DNA from: a virus
Lineage: Duplodnaviria; Caudoviricetes
Direction: 5' to 3' (one strand)
Length of the DNA: 33,106 nt
IMG/VR virus record: IMGVR_UViG_3300037506_000432
Location: 1-33,106 of that record
Positions 9,580 to 18,678 of this stretch are shown piece after piece. The notes beneath the pieces were generated by a model that was not told where the DNA came from, searched no databases, and was given only the letters and a program-made list of their open reading frames with translations. Both the position numbers and the translations under genes were made by a program. Each line of letters starts with the position of its first letter. The first letter of the stretch is position 1.

Positions 9580-9777
9580 CTACGCTACAGGAGGCTCAAG
9601 CATTATCTCGATGAAGTACTCCTCTAGCCCCGCCTCGTTGCACAGGCCAACAAGCGTGTCGACATCGCGCAGACACGCAGCGTCGGCGAAGCTGGAGCTA
9701 AGCTCAGCTTCCTCCGTCACGTAAGCAGTAAGCTCTCCCGCTTCGGTCTCTCGTTCCACATACGCAAAGAATCTCAT
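9580..9777 (-). CDS. Small acidic hypothetical protein
   Basis: 65 aa with GAAAGGA RBS; last gene of the - strand arm. Confidence 0.65.
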   Translation of the reverse strand: MRFFAYVERETEAGELTAYVTEEAELSSSFADAACLRDVDTLVGLCNEAGLEEYFIEIMLEPPVA

Positions 9778-9799
9778 GGCGCATCCTTTCCAGCTCTAG

Positions 9800-11071
9800 C
9801 TATGGGGGCGTCGCAACAAACGCCCGAACGGCTTGCCCTGGCATCTGAGCAAGTCCCGTACCTGCCTCCCCCGATAAGAGCGAGCACTCCTCCTTGCTCG
9901 CTCGCCCCGAAAACAGTACGCGCACAGCGACCATATCGTAGCCGCCGAAGTACAAGCGCGTAGAGAACTGTTGCGCTGTCGCACGCGGCAGCACATGTGC
10001 GTTGACGTACTGCGTAGCCGCTACGACGTGGATGCCCTCTGAGCGAGCGAGCCGCAGTAAGCTGTCGATCACAGCGCGTGCGTACACCGCGTCTCGCTTC
10101 CCTTTCCGCACGCTCACGAGCTCAGCAAGCTCGTCGATTGCCAGATAGATGCGCGGGAGCGAATCTCCTGTCTTAGCGACATACTCAGCATAATCTCTCG
10201 CTTTTGCGGACACGCGAAGCTGCTGCCTGCGCACACGCTCAGCGTCGATCTGCTGCAAGAGCGACAGCACGTCGGCTTGCGTCTCTGCGAGGACGTGTGC
10301 GACTGGAGCGAGCGCGACGCTCAAGTCCGACTTCAGGTCTACCACCCAAACCTCCCCACCTCCCCCAGCGAGCTGCCTGCACACGCTCACGAGCGTCGTT
10401 GTCTTGCCGCTCCCGCTCTCGCCAGCTACGAGCATGTGAGAGAACGATTGCGCCATGACCCGAAGCTCCTCGTCCCCCGACATCGTGTATCCCACGACGA
10501 ACAGCGGGGCGCTGGGAGTGCTAAGCTGCGCCCATGTACGCTGCGCTCTGCTCAGCGCTCCGCTCACGCTCCCGCTCGGCGCTCCGCTTGAGGGCGCGTA
10601 CGTGCCCAGTAGTCCTCTGAACGCGCTTTGCTCCGCGTACACAAGCTCGCGCTCATTGTACGCGCCAAGCTGCTCGACTGCTCCGGCGCTCTTTGCTACA
10701 TCAAACGGTACGAGCCCTGGCGCTCTGACGATTCGCGTGACGCGCACAGCGCTCCACGCAGCATACAGCGAGAGCGTGAGCGCGAGCGCTGCGGCAGTCA
10801 AGAGGATTGCTGTGAGGACAAGACTCGCAACCCTCCAATCGCCGTAGTGCGCTGTCCCGAAAAGATACGCGACGTACGCGCCCAATAGAAGCATGACGCT
10901 CGCTCCGAGAAACGCGAGCGCTAAGACGACGATGTCGCGTGTCACATGCCCCTGCGCTCGCTCGCGCCCTCTCAGCGCGCCCGCGTCGCGAGCGTCGTTA
11001 CTATCGGGATATCGGTCAGCGTCGTCCAGGATTGTAAGCCCCGACGAGCGCGCTCCCCCAAACCTACGCAT
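9800..11071 (-). CDS. FtsK/SpoIIIE-family ATPase with two N-terminal transmembrane helices
   Basis: HMLVAGESGSGKT (Walker A), VVDLK, E-R-x-R-R, LAIDELAEL (Walker B), LARSEGIHVVAATQ. Two hydrophobic segments near aa 46-105. Confidence 0.88.
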   Translation of the reverse strand: MRRFGGARSSGLTILDDADRYPDSNDARDAGALRGRERAQGHVTRDIVVLALAFLGASVMLLLGAYVAYLFGTAHYGDWRVASLVLTAILLTAAALALTLSLYAAWSAVRVTRIVRAPGLVPFDVAKSAGAVEQLGAYNERELVYAEQSAFRGLLGTYAPSSGAPSGSVSGALSRAQRTWAQLSTPSAPLFVVGYTMSGDEELRVMAQSFSHMLVAGESGSGKTTTLVSVCRQLAGGGGEVWVVDLKSDLSVALAPVAHVLAETQADVLSLLQQIDAERVRRQQLRVSAKARDYAEYVAKTGDSLPRIYLAIDELAELVSVRKGKRDAVYARAVIDSLLRLARSEGIHVVAATQYVNAHVLPRATAQQFSTRLYFGGYDMVAVRVLFSGRASKEECSLLSGEAGTGLAQMPGQAVRAFVATPP

Positions 11072-11082
11072 TTCCCCCTCCT

Positions 11083-11889
11083 TTACCCGTACACCGCAGC
11101 CTCTACGCTCGCAACCGTGTGCTCAAAGCTATCTGTGTACGTGTGCTGGATGTCTTGCCAGCTCGCAGCCGCAGCGACGAGCTCAGCGTCGCTAAGCGGA
11201 AGCTTTAGAAACAGCGGGCTTGGCAAGAGCACGAGCCTCAGATTATGTGCGAATGCGCTACCATACCGTGCGTACAGCTGACTGTACGCCATCTGTCCCC
11301 CGAGAGCGAAATCCTCAACGCACTCCGCAGGCTTGTAGCGGGTGTGCAGCGGTGGGACGTGGTCGCTCGCGTCCCCGAACACCGCCAGCGCTGCCGCGAA
11401 CGTCGTGCGGCAAATGTGCGCTTGTACGCTTTTTGGGAAGCACCCAAAGCGAAAGCCCGCGCCCGCTAGCCGCTGACGATGCGGGCTGTAGCGGGTAGGC
11501 AGCAGCATTGCGTCGTATGTGTACGCCTTTGGAAGCTGCGCGTAGTCCTTGTCCACGCCAATGACGCGGACTTCTCTTGGCGCTCGCTGTACCACAGCGG
11601 CGATGATGTCGTCAGCCTCTGCGCCGTCGTGCTCGTACACATGCAGCGCGCTTTGTCGCAAGCACGCAAGATACTCGCGCACGGTTTGCGCGTACGGCGT
11701 GCTGTGAGAGATAGCGCGAGCGACGCTTTGTTTGTACGCATCGTAAAGCGTCGAGCGAGCGCTCGCGTGAGCGTCAGCGACAAACACACACGACGCATAG
11801 CCTCCAACGCTCGCTACACGCTCGCTATCCCCCGCCCGCTTCCAGGTCCAATAGCCCGCATCTATAAGCCATCGCGTCTGCTCTTTCAT
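11083..11889 (-). CDS. 5'-3' exonuclease (PolI-N/FEN, T4 RNase H-like)
   Basis: LIDAG, YKQ, GAEADDIIA, DKDYAQL and FGDASDHVP motifs. Confidence 0.88.
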   Translation of the reverse strand: MKEQTRWLIDAGYWTWKRAGDSERVASVGGYASCVFVADAHASARSTLYDAYKQSVARAISHSTPYAQTVREYLACLRQSALHVYEHDGAEADDIIAAVVQRAPREVRVIGVDKDYAQLPKAYTYDAMLLPTRYSPHRQRLAGAGFRFGCFPKSVQAHICRTTFAAALAVFGDASDHVPPLHTRYKPAECVEDFALGGQMAYSQLYARYGSAFAHNLRLVLLPSPLFLKLPLSDAELVAAAASWQDIQHTYTDSFEHTVASVEAAVYG

Positions 11890-12095
11890 ACGTTCTCCTG
11901 TTCTCGCGCCGCACCAGCATCGAAGCGCAGCCGCACCAGCCAGAGCGCAACCGTTGGCGGCAAATCGTACACATAGCCGTAGTAGACAGCTAACGCCTCG
12001 TCCACCGATTGCTCGTAGTCAAAGCCCTGGGCCAGCAAAGCCTCCAAATAGAGACACGCTGCGCTATGCCCGCGTAGTTCTTTTGGCGTAAGCAT
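11886..12095 (-). CDS. Hypothetical protein
   Basis: 69 aa with GGGAGGG RBS, translationally coupled to the exonuclease gene. Confidence 0.6.
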   Translation of the reverse strand: MLTPKELRGHSAACLYLEALLAQGFDYEQSVDEALAVYYGYVYDLPPTVALWLVRLRFDAGAAREQENV

Positions 12096-12103
12096 ATCCC
12101 TCC

Positions 12104-14275
12104 CTATGAGCTGAGCGCGTGCGGACCTGAGACCGGAGCGTAGTACGCGCTACTGCTCTCGCACGCTGCCCAGTTCGGACCAAAGACGATTGCCGACGTG
12201 ACCGGAAGACCTAGCTGTGCAAATCGCGCAAACCACGGCTCTTGATTCAGTCGCTGAAACGTCTCCTGCACAATGTGGACAACAGCGTCTCTATCTCCGC
12301 GCATACAGTAACCGATACAACTATCGTGGACCGTAAACGCTGCGCGTCCAACTGGCCGCCCAAGCTCAAGCTCCGCTCCGCGCAACGCTTCCGCCAGCTC
12401 CGTGTACAGAAACAGCATGACGTAATTCGCATACGCCTGGAGCGGAGTATTCAGCCGCTTTCGCCCCACACTCGACAGCGCGTAGGCCCGAGCGTCATAA
12501 TAGCGATTATCGACGGCGCGCTGATACGCAAAGTCGTAGATGTCTCGCAAATCGCGCAACTTCCCAAGCGCATCCCGAGACGCCAGCGACGTCGCACCTT
12601 TTTGCGCTTGGCAATACTCCGCCAAAGCAGGGAATGCGGAGAAGAACGCTTGCTCTATGCGTTTTTCATCGTCGCGCCTCGCCCGCCCGCCATATAAAAG
12701 CTTAAACCCCGTTGTCTTGACCGCCTTACGCTCCGCCTTCGTGACCTGGTCGAGCGACTTGCCGAGCGCCAGCGCAGCGTTCGCTGTGTGCGGGTCGTCC
12801 GTGCGCAGGCTACCGGCAAACGCCCCATCTCCTGAAAGCCATGCTGCAGCTTTCATTTCGATATAATCGAGGTCGAACATCCACAGCACATCGTACGGCT
12901 CCTGTGGCACAATCGCGGCCTTGAGCAATCCGCGGGATGGGAAGTTCTGAAGATTCGGGCCCGACATCGACGTACGCCCCGTACGGGCTCCGACAATTCG
13001 GAGCGACGGTCGGTAACGGCCGCCGCCGCCCAGCGCAGCGAGCGCGGCGCTCTTCGCATAGAAATTACTATCGAGCGTCATACACTCGCGAGCCTCGACA
13101 AGCTTTGTAACAAGCGGTCTGTCGGCATACTGCTCCAAGAGTATGCGCTTGTCGACCTTCTCAACGTCCACGCCCTGCGAGCGAAGGAGCGCTGCGACGA
13201 CACGCGGCTTGCGTAGGTCGTCTAAGCCTATCCGCCCAACAAGCCCATGCAGATCGCTCAGCACACGCTCAAGGTGCGCTGTGTTCTCAGCTTGAGCTTG
13301 AGCGACCACGCTCTCATCTACAGCAACACCTTGCTCTCGCAAGCGGATTGCTTCCCCCAACGCGGCATGCATGAGCACGCTTGCCGGAAGCTCAGCTTTT
13401 GAGCGTAGCGCCTCGTAAACACCTATTGTACCACATGCGTCCTGAGCAACATATTGCTCGTCGCGAAACGAGCCAAACGCATGCGAACCGGCGAGTGATG
13501 TAAGCATCGACATCAGATGCTTGAGCGACAATACCTCATGGCCTGCAACATTCGCGAGCACTTGTGTGTCTACAAACATGCGCGTGTCAATAAGGCGCAA
13601 CCACTCCTCCCCGCCGTGACGCCACAAAAAGGACAGGTCAAAGCCTGCATTATGGACGACCGGCGTACCGCCGCCCGCAAGCAGCCGGACAGCGATATCC
13701 CTCAGCACACCCGCGTCAGGCGTATATGCGATATACGCCTCGCTTTGCGTATTCGCGAGGACTATTGCTGTGATTGTGCTCCTATCGCTCAGCGCCCAAT
13801 GCTCATCGTTGTCTGTATTTGCTGTCGTCTCGATGTCTACTGCCCACGCTCCGCTCAGCACACGCGGGAGCTGTGCCCACGAGCGCACCGCTACGCGGGC
13901 ATGCTCGACATTCCGGCAGCGCCAAACGTCTCGCTCCGCAAATGCCGCCGCGCTGTTCGGGAACAGCGACAGCGCTGTCGGCACAAGCACCACACCATCA
14001 CGCTCAAACAGCGCCCCGTGGTCTTGTCGCATATCGACAAAGCCTGGCGCTAACGCTTGCGCTAGCTTCGTCCCCACGCACAAGATGCGTGTATATTGCC
14101 CGCGCAGCTTGTGCCAAAGGCCGGGCTTGCGCTTTGTGCCCAACAGCGCTTTGCGCAGGGCGGGGAGCGTCGCGTACTCCTCAAGGTTCGAGTACTCGTG
14201 CTCTCTGATAGAGAGCAGCGCGAGCTCAGCGGAGCTGAGCGGGCGCTCTGAAAGCACCGCGTGCTCTAGTTGCAT
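12104..14275 (-). CDS. polA: DNA polymerase family A with 3'-5' exonuclease domain
   Basis: Exo I DIET, Exo II HNAGFDL, Exo III YVAQDA; TGRTSMSGPNLQN; motif A DLDYIEMK; motif B RKAVKTTGFKLLYG; NTPLQ; motif C TVHDS. Confidence 0.95.
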   Translation of the reverse strand: MQLEHAVLSERPLSSAELALLSIREHEYSNLEEYATLPALRKALLGTKRKPGLWHKLRGQYTRILCVGTKLAQALAPGFVDMRQDHGALFERDGVVLVPTALSLFPNSAAAFAERDVWRCRNVEHARVAVRSWAQLPRVLSGAWAVDIETTANTDNDEHWALSDRSTITAIVLANTQSEAYIAYTPDAGVLRDIAVRLLAGGGTPVVHNAGFDLSFLWRHGGEEWLRLIDTRMFVDTQVLANVAGHEVLSLKHLMSMLTSLAGSHAFGSFRDEQYVAQDACGTIGVYEALRSKAELPASVLMHAALGEAIRLREQGVAVDESVVAQAQAENTAHLERVLSDLHGLVGRIGLDDLRKPRVVAALLRSQGVDVEKVDKRILLEQYADRPLVTKLVEARECMTLDSNFYAKSAALAALGGGGRYRPSLRIVGARTGRTSMSGPNLQNFPSRGLLKAAIVPQEPYDVLWMFDLDYIEMKAAAWLSGDGAFAGSLRTDDPHTANAALALGKSLDQVTKAERKAVKTTGFKLLYGGRARRDDEKRIEQAFFSAFPALAEYCQAQKGATSLASRDALGKLRDLRDIYDFAYQRAVDNRYYDARAYALSSVGRKRLNTPLQAYANYVMLFLYTELAEALRGAELELGRPVGRAAFTVHDSCIGYCMRGDRDAVVHIVQETFQRLNQEPWFARFAQLGLPVTSAIVFGPNWAACESSSAYYAPVSGPHALSS

Positions 14276-14811
14276 ACGACCACCTCATATCCTGGAAAGT
14301 CTACGGCGTACCTTTGCAGCATCTCTATCGCCCGCCCGTACGCCGCGTGTTCTGCTTTTGCGTCAAACGCATACTCTCGCCCGCACGCTCGCCGCTCAAG
14401 CACAACATCAAGCGGAGGATGGAGCACGACAAAGCGAGTTTCCGGAGCGCTCGCATAGGGAACTCCCATATATCCCACGCTCCAGGCCGCATGTTCGCGA
14501 GCGCGAACATACCAACCAAGCTGATTACGTACACACTCCGCCAAGTCGCGGTTTGTGCGCAAGTGATGGTACACCGCGTGGGTAAGGCAAAAACGGTCTG
14601 TGTACAGGTCCTTGCCATGCTCCGCGTGTACACATATAGCATTCGCGAGCGCCCCGAAATCGTTCGCACTGGAGTAGCCCGCAGCGCTTATGCGCGTGTG
14701 CGTGCGGGGGCGCTCTCTCTGACCCCAGTACACGCGAGCGCCAGCCTTTTCCAAGCCTGTCACATAGGTCGTCTTGCCGACTCCAGCACAACCCTCAATT
14801 GCTATGAGCAT
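14266..14811 (-). CDS. Deoxynucleotide monophosphate/thymidylate kinase-like P-loop protein
   Basis: LIAIEGCAGVGKTT, a DRF motif and a lid region with V-L-E-R-R-x-x-R. Confidence 0.75.
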   Translation of the reverse strand: MLIAIEGCAGVGKTTYVTGLEKAGARVYWGQRERPRTHTRISAAGYSSANDFGALANAICVHAEHGKDLYTDRFCLTHAVYHHLRTNRDLAECVRNQLGWYVRAREHAAWSVGYMGVPYASAPETRFVVLHPPLDVVLERRACGREYAFDAKAEHAAYGRAIEMLQRYAVDFPGYEVVVCN

Positions 14812-15494
14812 TATAGTCTCCGTACAGGTACAAAAGCTCGGCCTGCAGGGGGTGTGTCTCGCGGATTGCCGCGCACACGCTGTACGCCGAGGAAATTGTT
14901 GCGCCTATCACGCTTCGCTACGCTCAGCTTCGCGCGAGCGTGCGGCGTCTCCAAATCGACGTCTCCATCTGGACAGAGCACGTACGAGACGCCCGAGAGC
15001 ATCCGATATGCGTCCAAGACGCTCCCGAATACACATAGCTCGTCATCGTACAAGACGTCGTACGGCCCCTCGACAACCACACAGATTTCGGCAGTTGGAT
15101 ATCCGCTGTGCCCGCGCGCGCCGAGCGTCGCAGACGAGCGCTTGTCCCAACCGCGAGCGTGCGCGCCACACAGCGTGCCGTTCGGCGTATACATCGCAAA
15201 TATGTCGTGTGTACCAAAGCCGTGCGCGCTCCCATCGTAGCACGCAAGCCGCGTCGGACGCTTTGGCGCACGCTCCGGCAGAGCAAACTCCTGAAGCGTG
15301 TGTCGCTCACGCGCAGCCGCCGCGCTCGCGAGCGCCAGTGTTGGACGCTCGTACGCGCTACAGCGATAGCAGTACGCTCCGCCATCGCTGAATCTTGCCA
15401 AGTGCCCACGCCCAGCGTCCAGCGAATCGCCACAATGCGGACAGCGCTCAATGAGCGCGCCCGATGGGAGGCGCTCTCCGATACGATAGCTCAT
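14811..15494 (-). CDS. DNA primase (zinc-binding domain plus TOPRIM), unusually short
   Basis: CPHCGDS...YCYRC zinc finger, VVVEGPYDVL and CPDGD (DxD) TOPRIM motifs. Confidence 0.8.
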   Translation of the reverse strand: MSYRIGERLPSGALIERCPHCGDSLDAGRGHLARFSDGGAYCYRCSAYERPTLALASAAAARERHTLQEFALPERAPKRPTRLACYDGSAHGFGTHDIFAMYTPNGTLCGAHARGWDKRSSATLGARGHSGYPTAEICVVVEGPYDVLYDDELCVFGSVLDAYRMLSGVSYVLCPDGDVDLETPHARAKLSVAKRDRRNNFLGVQRVRGNPRDTPPAGRAFVPVRRL

Positions 15495-15721
15495 AGTTTG
15501 CGGTACCCCACACAGCGCGTGCCTGACAGTTCAGGCGCGTAGCTCCAGTGCCACGTATGCGTCTCCGCGTCAAAGCGCTTTCGGAAGACGTACTCCACAC
15601 GGTCATACCACTCCCACACCCAGACGCTTGCCCAAGTCGACGTGACCGGAGAGTTGACCGGGGGGAGTAGCTCTATCAAAGAATATATGTACTGCTCCTG
15701 ATAGGTCATAACATCTCGCAA
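15491..15721 (-). CDS. Hypothetical Trp-rich protein
   Basis: 76 aa ORF filling the helicase-primase gap with overlapping ends. Confidence 0.55.
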   Translation of the reverse strand: MRDVMTYQEQYIYSLIELLPPVNSPVTSTWASVWVWEWYDRVEYVFRKRFDAETHTWHWSYAPELSGTRCVGYRKL

Positions 15722-16740
15722 TCGTACGTCGCATAGTCAAAGTTACACCTTGAGCTTCCCACCGTGCCAAAACGATTTTTGATACACTCGATGTTGAGCG
15801 TATACATTGTGTCCGTGCGTTGCGCTTTGCGCATGATGAGGAACATGAGTGTGCTGAAAGCGCGAGCGTCATTGCTCCACATCAGCCCGGCTTCGCTCTC
15901 CTCCTGCTCTTTTGGGTTGAGTTGCGCGGTAACAATCACAAGCCGTCGCCGCATAGATAGGAGGTTGAGCTGAGCGTACACGTGCGCAAACTCTGCTTGA
16001 ATGTCACGCGCACCACCAACGCGGACCATGATCTCCGGACTGTCTACGACCACAACCGCATTGGCGCACTCATGCTCTGTCTCAAAGTCCAGCACTTCGC
16101 GAATACTCAACCCTCCCGTTATGATACTATTGTCGGGATGGTCAAGCCCCAAAGGTGCCGCTCGCTCCGCTAACAGGTCTCGCGGCACCTCAAGCGAGTA
16201 GTAATGAATCGGAGAGCCATGATTTTTGTGCAACGCTGCAGCGAGCGCAAGCGCAAGCGTCGTCTTGCCGCGCCCCGTCTTTGCGCCCAGCAGCGCTATG
16301 CCTCCGTGCAGCCCGCCGCACGCTTTGTCGATTGGCGCAAAGCCGCTCCTCCACGCGACCCGCTGCTTCGCAACAGCAAACCCCCCAACATCACGCTCCG
16401 TAGCCGCAACACCGCTCGCTGACGCCCACGCATATATGCGCCCAGCTTGAGCGAGCGCAACGTCAACATCCTCTGCGCTGCTCCGCGACTGTATGTGCGT
16501 ATACGCCAGACGCGCGACGCGAGCGCGTGCCTCTTCTTTGGAGGCCGCGTAGCCATAGCTTTGTGCGGCCTCCACAAGCTCTGCGACTCGCTCAGCGCCA
16601 AGCTGCGGCTCTAGCGCGTGTAGCCCAAACGACGCAGCAGCAAAATGTTCCGCAAACGGCAAGCTGTGGAGCACACTCGTAGGAATCTCAAGCCCCGTGT
16701 GTGCGACTGCATACAGGGCTCTTGCATATAATCTGTCCAT
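15706..16740 (-). CDS. DnaB-like (SF4) replicative helicase
   Basis: SGF-x-x-ID, GAKTGRGKTT (Walker A), YSLE, VVVDS, TAQLN and KNRFG motifs. Confidence 0.9.
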   Translation of the reverse strand: MDRLYARALYAVAHTGLEIPTSVLHSLPFAEHFAAASFGLHALEPQLGAERVAELVEAAQSYGYAASKEEARARVARLAYTHIQSRSSAEDVDVALAQAGRIYAWASASGVAATERDVGGFAVAKQRVAWRSGFAPIDKACGGLHGGIALLGAKTGRGKTTLALALAAALHKNHGSPIHYYSLEVPRDLLAERAAPLGLDHPDNSIITGGLSIREVLDFETEHECANAVVVVDSPEIMVRVGGARDIQAEFAHVYAQLNLLSMRRRLVIVTAQLNPKEQEESEAGLMWSNDARAFSTLMFLIMRKAQRTDTMYTLNIECIKNRFGTVGSSRCNFDYATYDCEML

Positions 16741-16752
16741 CGTATGCGCCTT

Positions 16753-17214
16753 CTACTGCCCGGCCTTCTCGCCGTATAACAGCAAAATCTCAGCGTCTTT
16801 CTCATCAAAATCCGCACCATAAAAGCATGCGAAGTGTTGGTGTAACTCCAGCTTCCTGGCGCGAGACGACAAACCTAACGCCTCGCGCAACACAGCGGGA
16901 GCGATGTAGTATATGCTCATGTGCTCGCCCATACCAGCGCACGTCTGAAGCGCTGCCGCTACGCCAAACAATGCGGCAGCGTGATATTTACTTGGCTGCC
17001 ATGAAATCATTTGCTTGGCGTAGTCTATATAGGCGGCCTCTATGGACAGATTACGTAACGTTGCGTATATGCTTGTCGCGTACCGCACGACGTCAGCGAC
17101 ATCCCAGAACTTGCCGGAGACGCCCGTGATTTTGTAAAATCGCACGTCCGAGCCAGAGCGATACGCTATCACGCATTTGCCGATGCTTAGATCAACGCCT
17201 GCTATCCTGTTCAC
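16753..17214 (-). CDS. RuvC-like Holliday junction resolvase
   Basis: N-terminal IAGVDLS, I-x-P-x-x-L-R...G...A-x-K and C-terminal DEKDA. GTG start with GAAAGGA RBS. Confidence 0.7.
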   Translation of the reverse strand: MNRIAGVDLSIGKCVIAYRSGSDVRFYKITGVSGKFWDVADVVRYATSIYATLRNLSIEAAYIDYAKQMISWQPSKYHAAALFGVAAALQTCAGMGEHMSIYYIAPAVLREALGLSSRARKLELHQHFACFYGADFDEKDAEILLLYGEKAGQ

Positions 17215-17228
17215 AAGCGAATCCTTTC

Positions 17229-17263
17229 CGGTAGCCTCCCGCTTTGCATGTGGGAGGCTACCG
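17229..17263 (-). other. Strong 12-bp GC-rich hairpin after putative SSB gene (attenuator/stabiliser)
   Basis: CGGTAGCCTCCC (17229-17240) and GGGAGGCTACCG (17252-17263). On the - strand it is followed by the next gene's RBS, not a U-tract. Confidence 0.6.
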
Positions 17264-17271
17264 CGTAAAGC

Positions 17272-17832
17272 TTAGAACTCTAGCTCTTCCTCTTCCTTTG
17301 TCGTCCACGGCGCGTAGCGTGCCGTCGAGACTGTTTCGGTCTTCGGAGCGCCGAAGTCTCGCTCCGTAATCTCAAGTGCGAGCTTCCGGAGAGGTTCAGC
17401 TAGCGGCCTGTACTCTGGCAGAGGTCGCGCACGACCCACTGCCGTAAAGCTCATCCTCCCGCTGGAGGACGCAGCCTTGGGCGTGTAGGTAATCGGCACG
17501 CTTGTTCCCGAGCTATCGGGCAAAACGCCGATGTCCTCGTCAAACGTGCCGTCCTTCCGTAAAATCAAGTCGGTCAAAACCCGGAATTGGTCCGGTCGGA
17601 GCAGCAACGCTTGCTCTACGCTCGCTCCATCCATCACGACGCACACAAGCACGTGCGTCTCCTCCCGCTTGCGGTCGTACGACAACCGCTTGACCGGAAA
17701 AACCTTTGGTAACCCATCCTTGTCAGCAATAAGCTGAAACTTCAAGACTTCCGTCTTTGGATAGATAACGCTGTACGCCTTTGACTCGGCGTATTCCTGC
17801 TGAACCTGCTTCGTAAGCTCTGCGAAGTTCAT
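17272..17832 (-). CDS. Putative single-stranded DNA-binding protein
   Basis: 186 aa in the replication module with an acidic-aromatic C-terminal tip (KEEEELEF) typical of SSBs. Confidence 0.55.
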   Translation of the reverse strand: MNFAELTKQVQQEYAESKAYSVIYPKTEVLKFQLIADKDGLPKVFPVKRLSYDRKREETHVLVCVVMDGASVEQALLLRPDQFRVLTDLILRKDGTFDEDIGVLPDSSGTSVPITYTPKAASSSGRMSFTAVGRARPLPEYRPLAEPLRKLALEITERDFGAPKTETVSTARYAPWTTKEEEELEF

Positions 17833-17856
17833 TTCTGGTCCTTTCTACACTCGTTG

Positions 17857-18186
17857 CTATTCCTCTATGCGTCGTATCGTATCCCATATGCCGTCAAGCC
17901 TCCGCTCAAGCGCAGCTCGCGCTGGAGCGCTATCGACCGTGGTCATCTCCAGGCACTCGCGGATGGCGCTATACGCGAGCGCTTGAAGCAGACGCCCGCG
18001 TGAGCCGAGCGCGTGCGCAGGCGTAAGGTTGTACGCGCTATATGGTGCGCGCCAGAGCGTGTGCGTAGCTCCAGCCAGCACACGCTCAAGCTCCTCGTAC
18101 GCATACCACGTCAGCACGTGAGCGTTGTGCTGAGCGTAGCGTACGATGCGGAGCGTCAAAGCGTGTATGCGCTTATTCTCCGTCAT
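17857..18186 (-). CDS. Hypothetical protein
   Basis: 109 aa with GGAGGG RBS, in operon. Confidence 0.65.
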   Translation of the reverse strand: MTENKRIHALTLRIVRYAQHNAHVLTWYAYEELERVLAGATHTLWRAPYSAYNLTPAHALGSRGRLLQALAYSAIRECLEMTTVDSAPARAALERRLDGIWDTIRRIEE

Positions 18187-18394
18187 AGCCCTCCGATCCA
18201 GAGCTAAAAACGTCGTCGTACACGCTCAGACAGATCTCGATTTGCTCTGGCGTGTACTGGAGAGCAGCGAGCGTCTCCTGATAGATGTCTCGCACTTCGT
18301 CGTCGTACAGCCCGCCGTCGCGGACCATGTTTGCGAAGCGGATGACTTCTTCCTTGAGCATGTCCAAAGCTCGATCCTCGTAGTGATTACCCAT
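18173..18394 (-). CDS. Small acidic hypothetical protein
   Basis: 73 aa with GGAGG RBS. Confidence 0.65.
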   Translation of the reverse strand: MGNHYEDRALDMLKEEVIRFANMVRDGGLYDDEVRDIYQETLAALQYTPEQIEICLSVYDDVFSSGSEGYDGE

Positions 18395-18404
18395 CAGTAC
18401 CTCC

Positions 18405-18668
18405 TTAGTTACGCTCCAGCCATCGGCGAAGCTCCAGCGTGAGCTTTCGCCGCTCTATAAAGCATTCCATCATCCGCCGCTCTCTTTCGTCGAGCAGCCC
18501 GCTGTAGACCAACGCTTTGAGCCGGTCGTCAGGAGCTGTTTCATACGGCATGACGTACTGGCTACCAAAGAGCCAGCGCATCACAAACTGCTGGAACTTT
18601 GAGTTGTGATGCCCGATGTCCTCAAAAAAGGACCGAACCTCACTGGCGTACAAACTATCGTGAGACAT
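18405..18668 (-). CDS. Hypothetical protein (start revised to MSHDSLY)
   Basis: GGAGG RBS precedes ATG at 18668, which also removes the overlap with the GIY-YIG gene. Confidence 0.65.
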   Translation of the reverse strand: MSHDSLYASEVRSFFEDIGHHNSKFQQFVMRWLFGSQYVMPYETAPDDRLKALVYSGLLDERERRMMECFIERRKLTLELRRWLERN

Positions 18669-18678
18669 AGAAACCTCC

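Noticed and set aside
12104-14275. DpoZ / 2-aminoadenine genome
   Set aside because: No purZ, datZ or mazZ-like gene recognised in the window, and motif divergence alone is insufficient.
12242-15542. Long + strand ORFs (e.g. 13770-14585, 14314-15240) opposite polymerase, kinase and primase
   Set aside because: Fully overlap well-supported - strand genes and have Arg/Ser/Ala-rich shadow composition.
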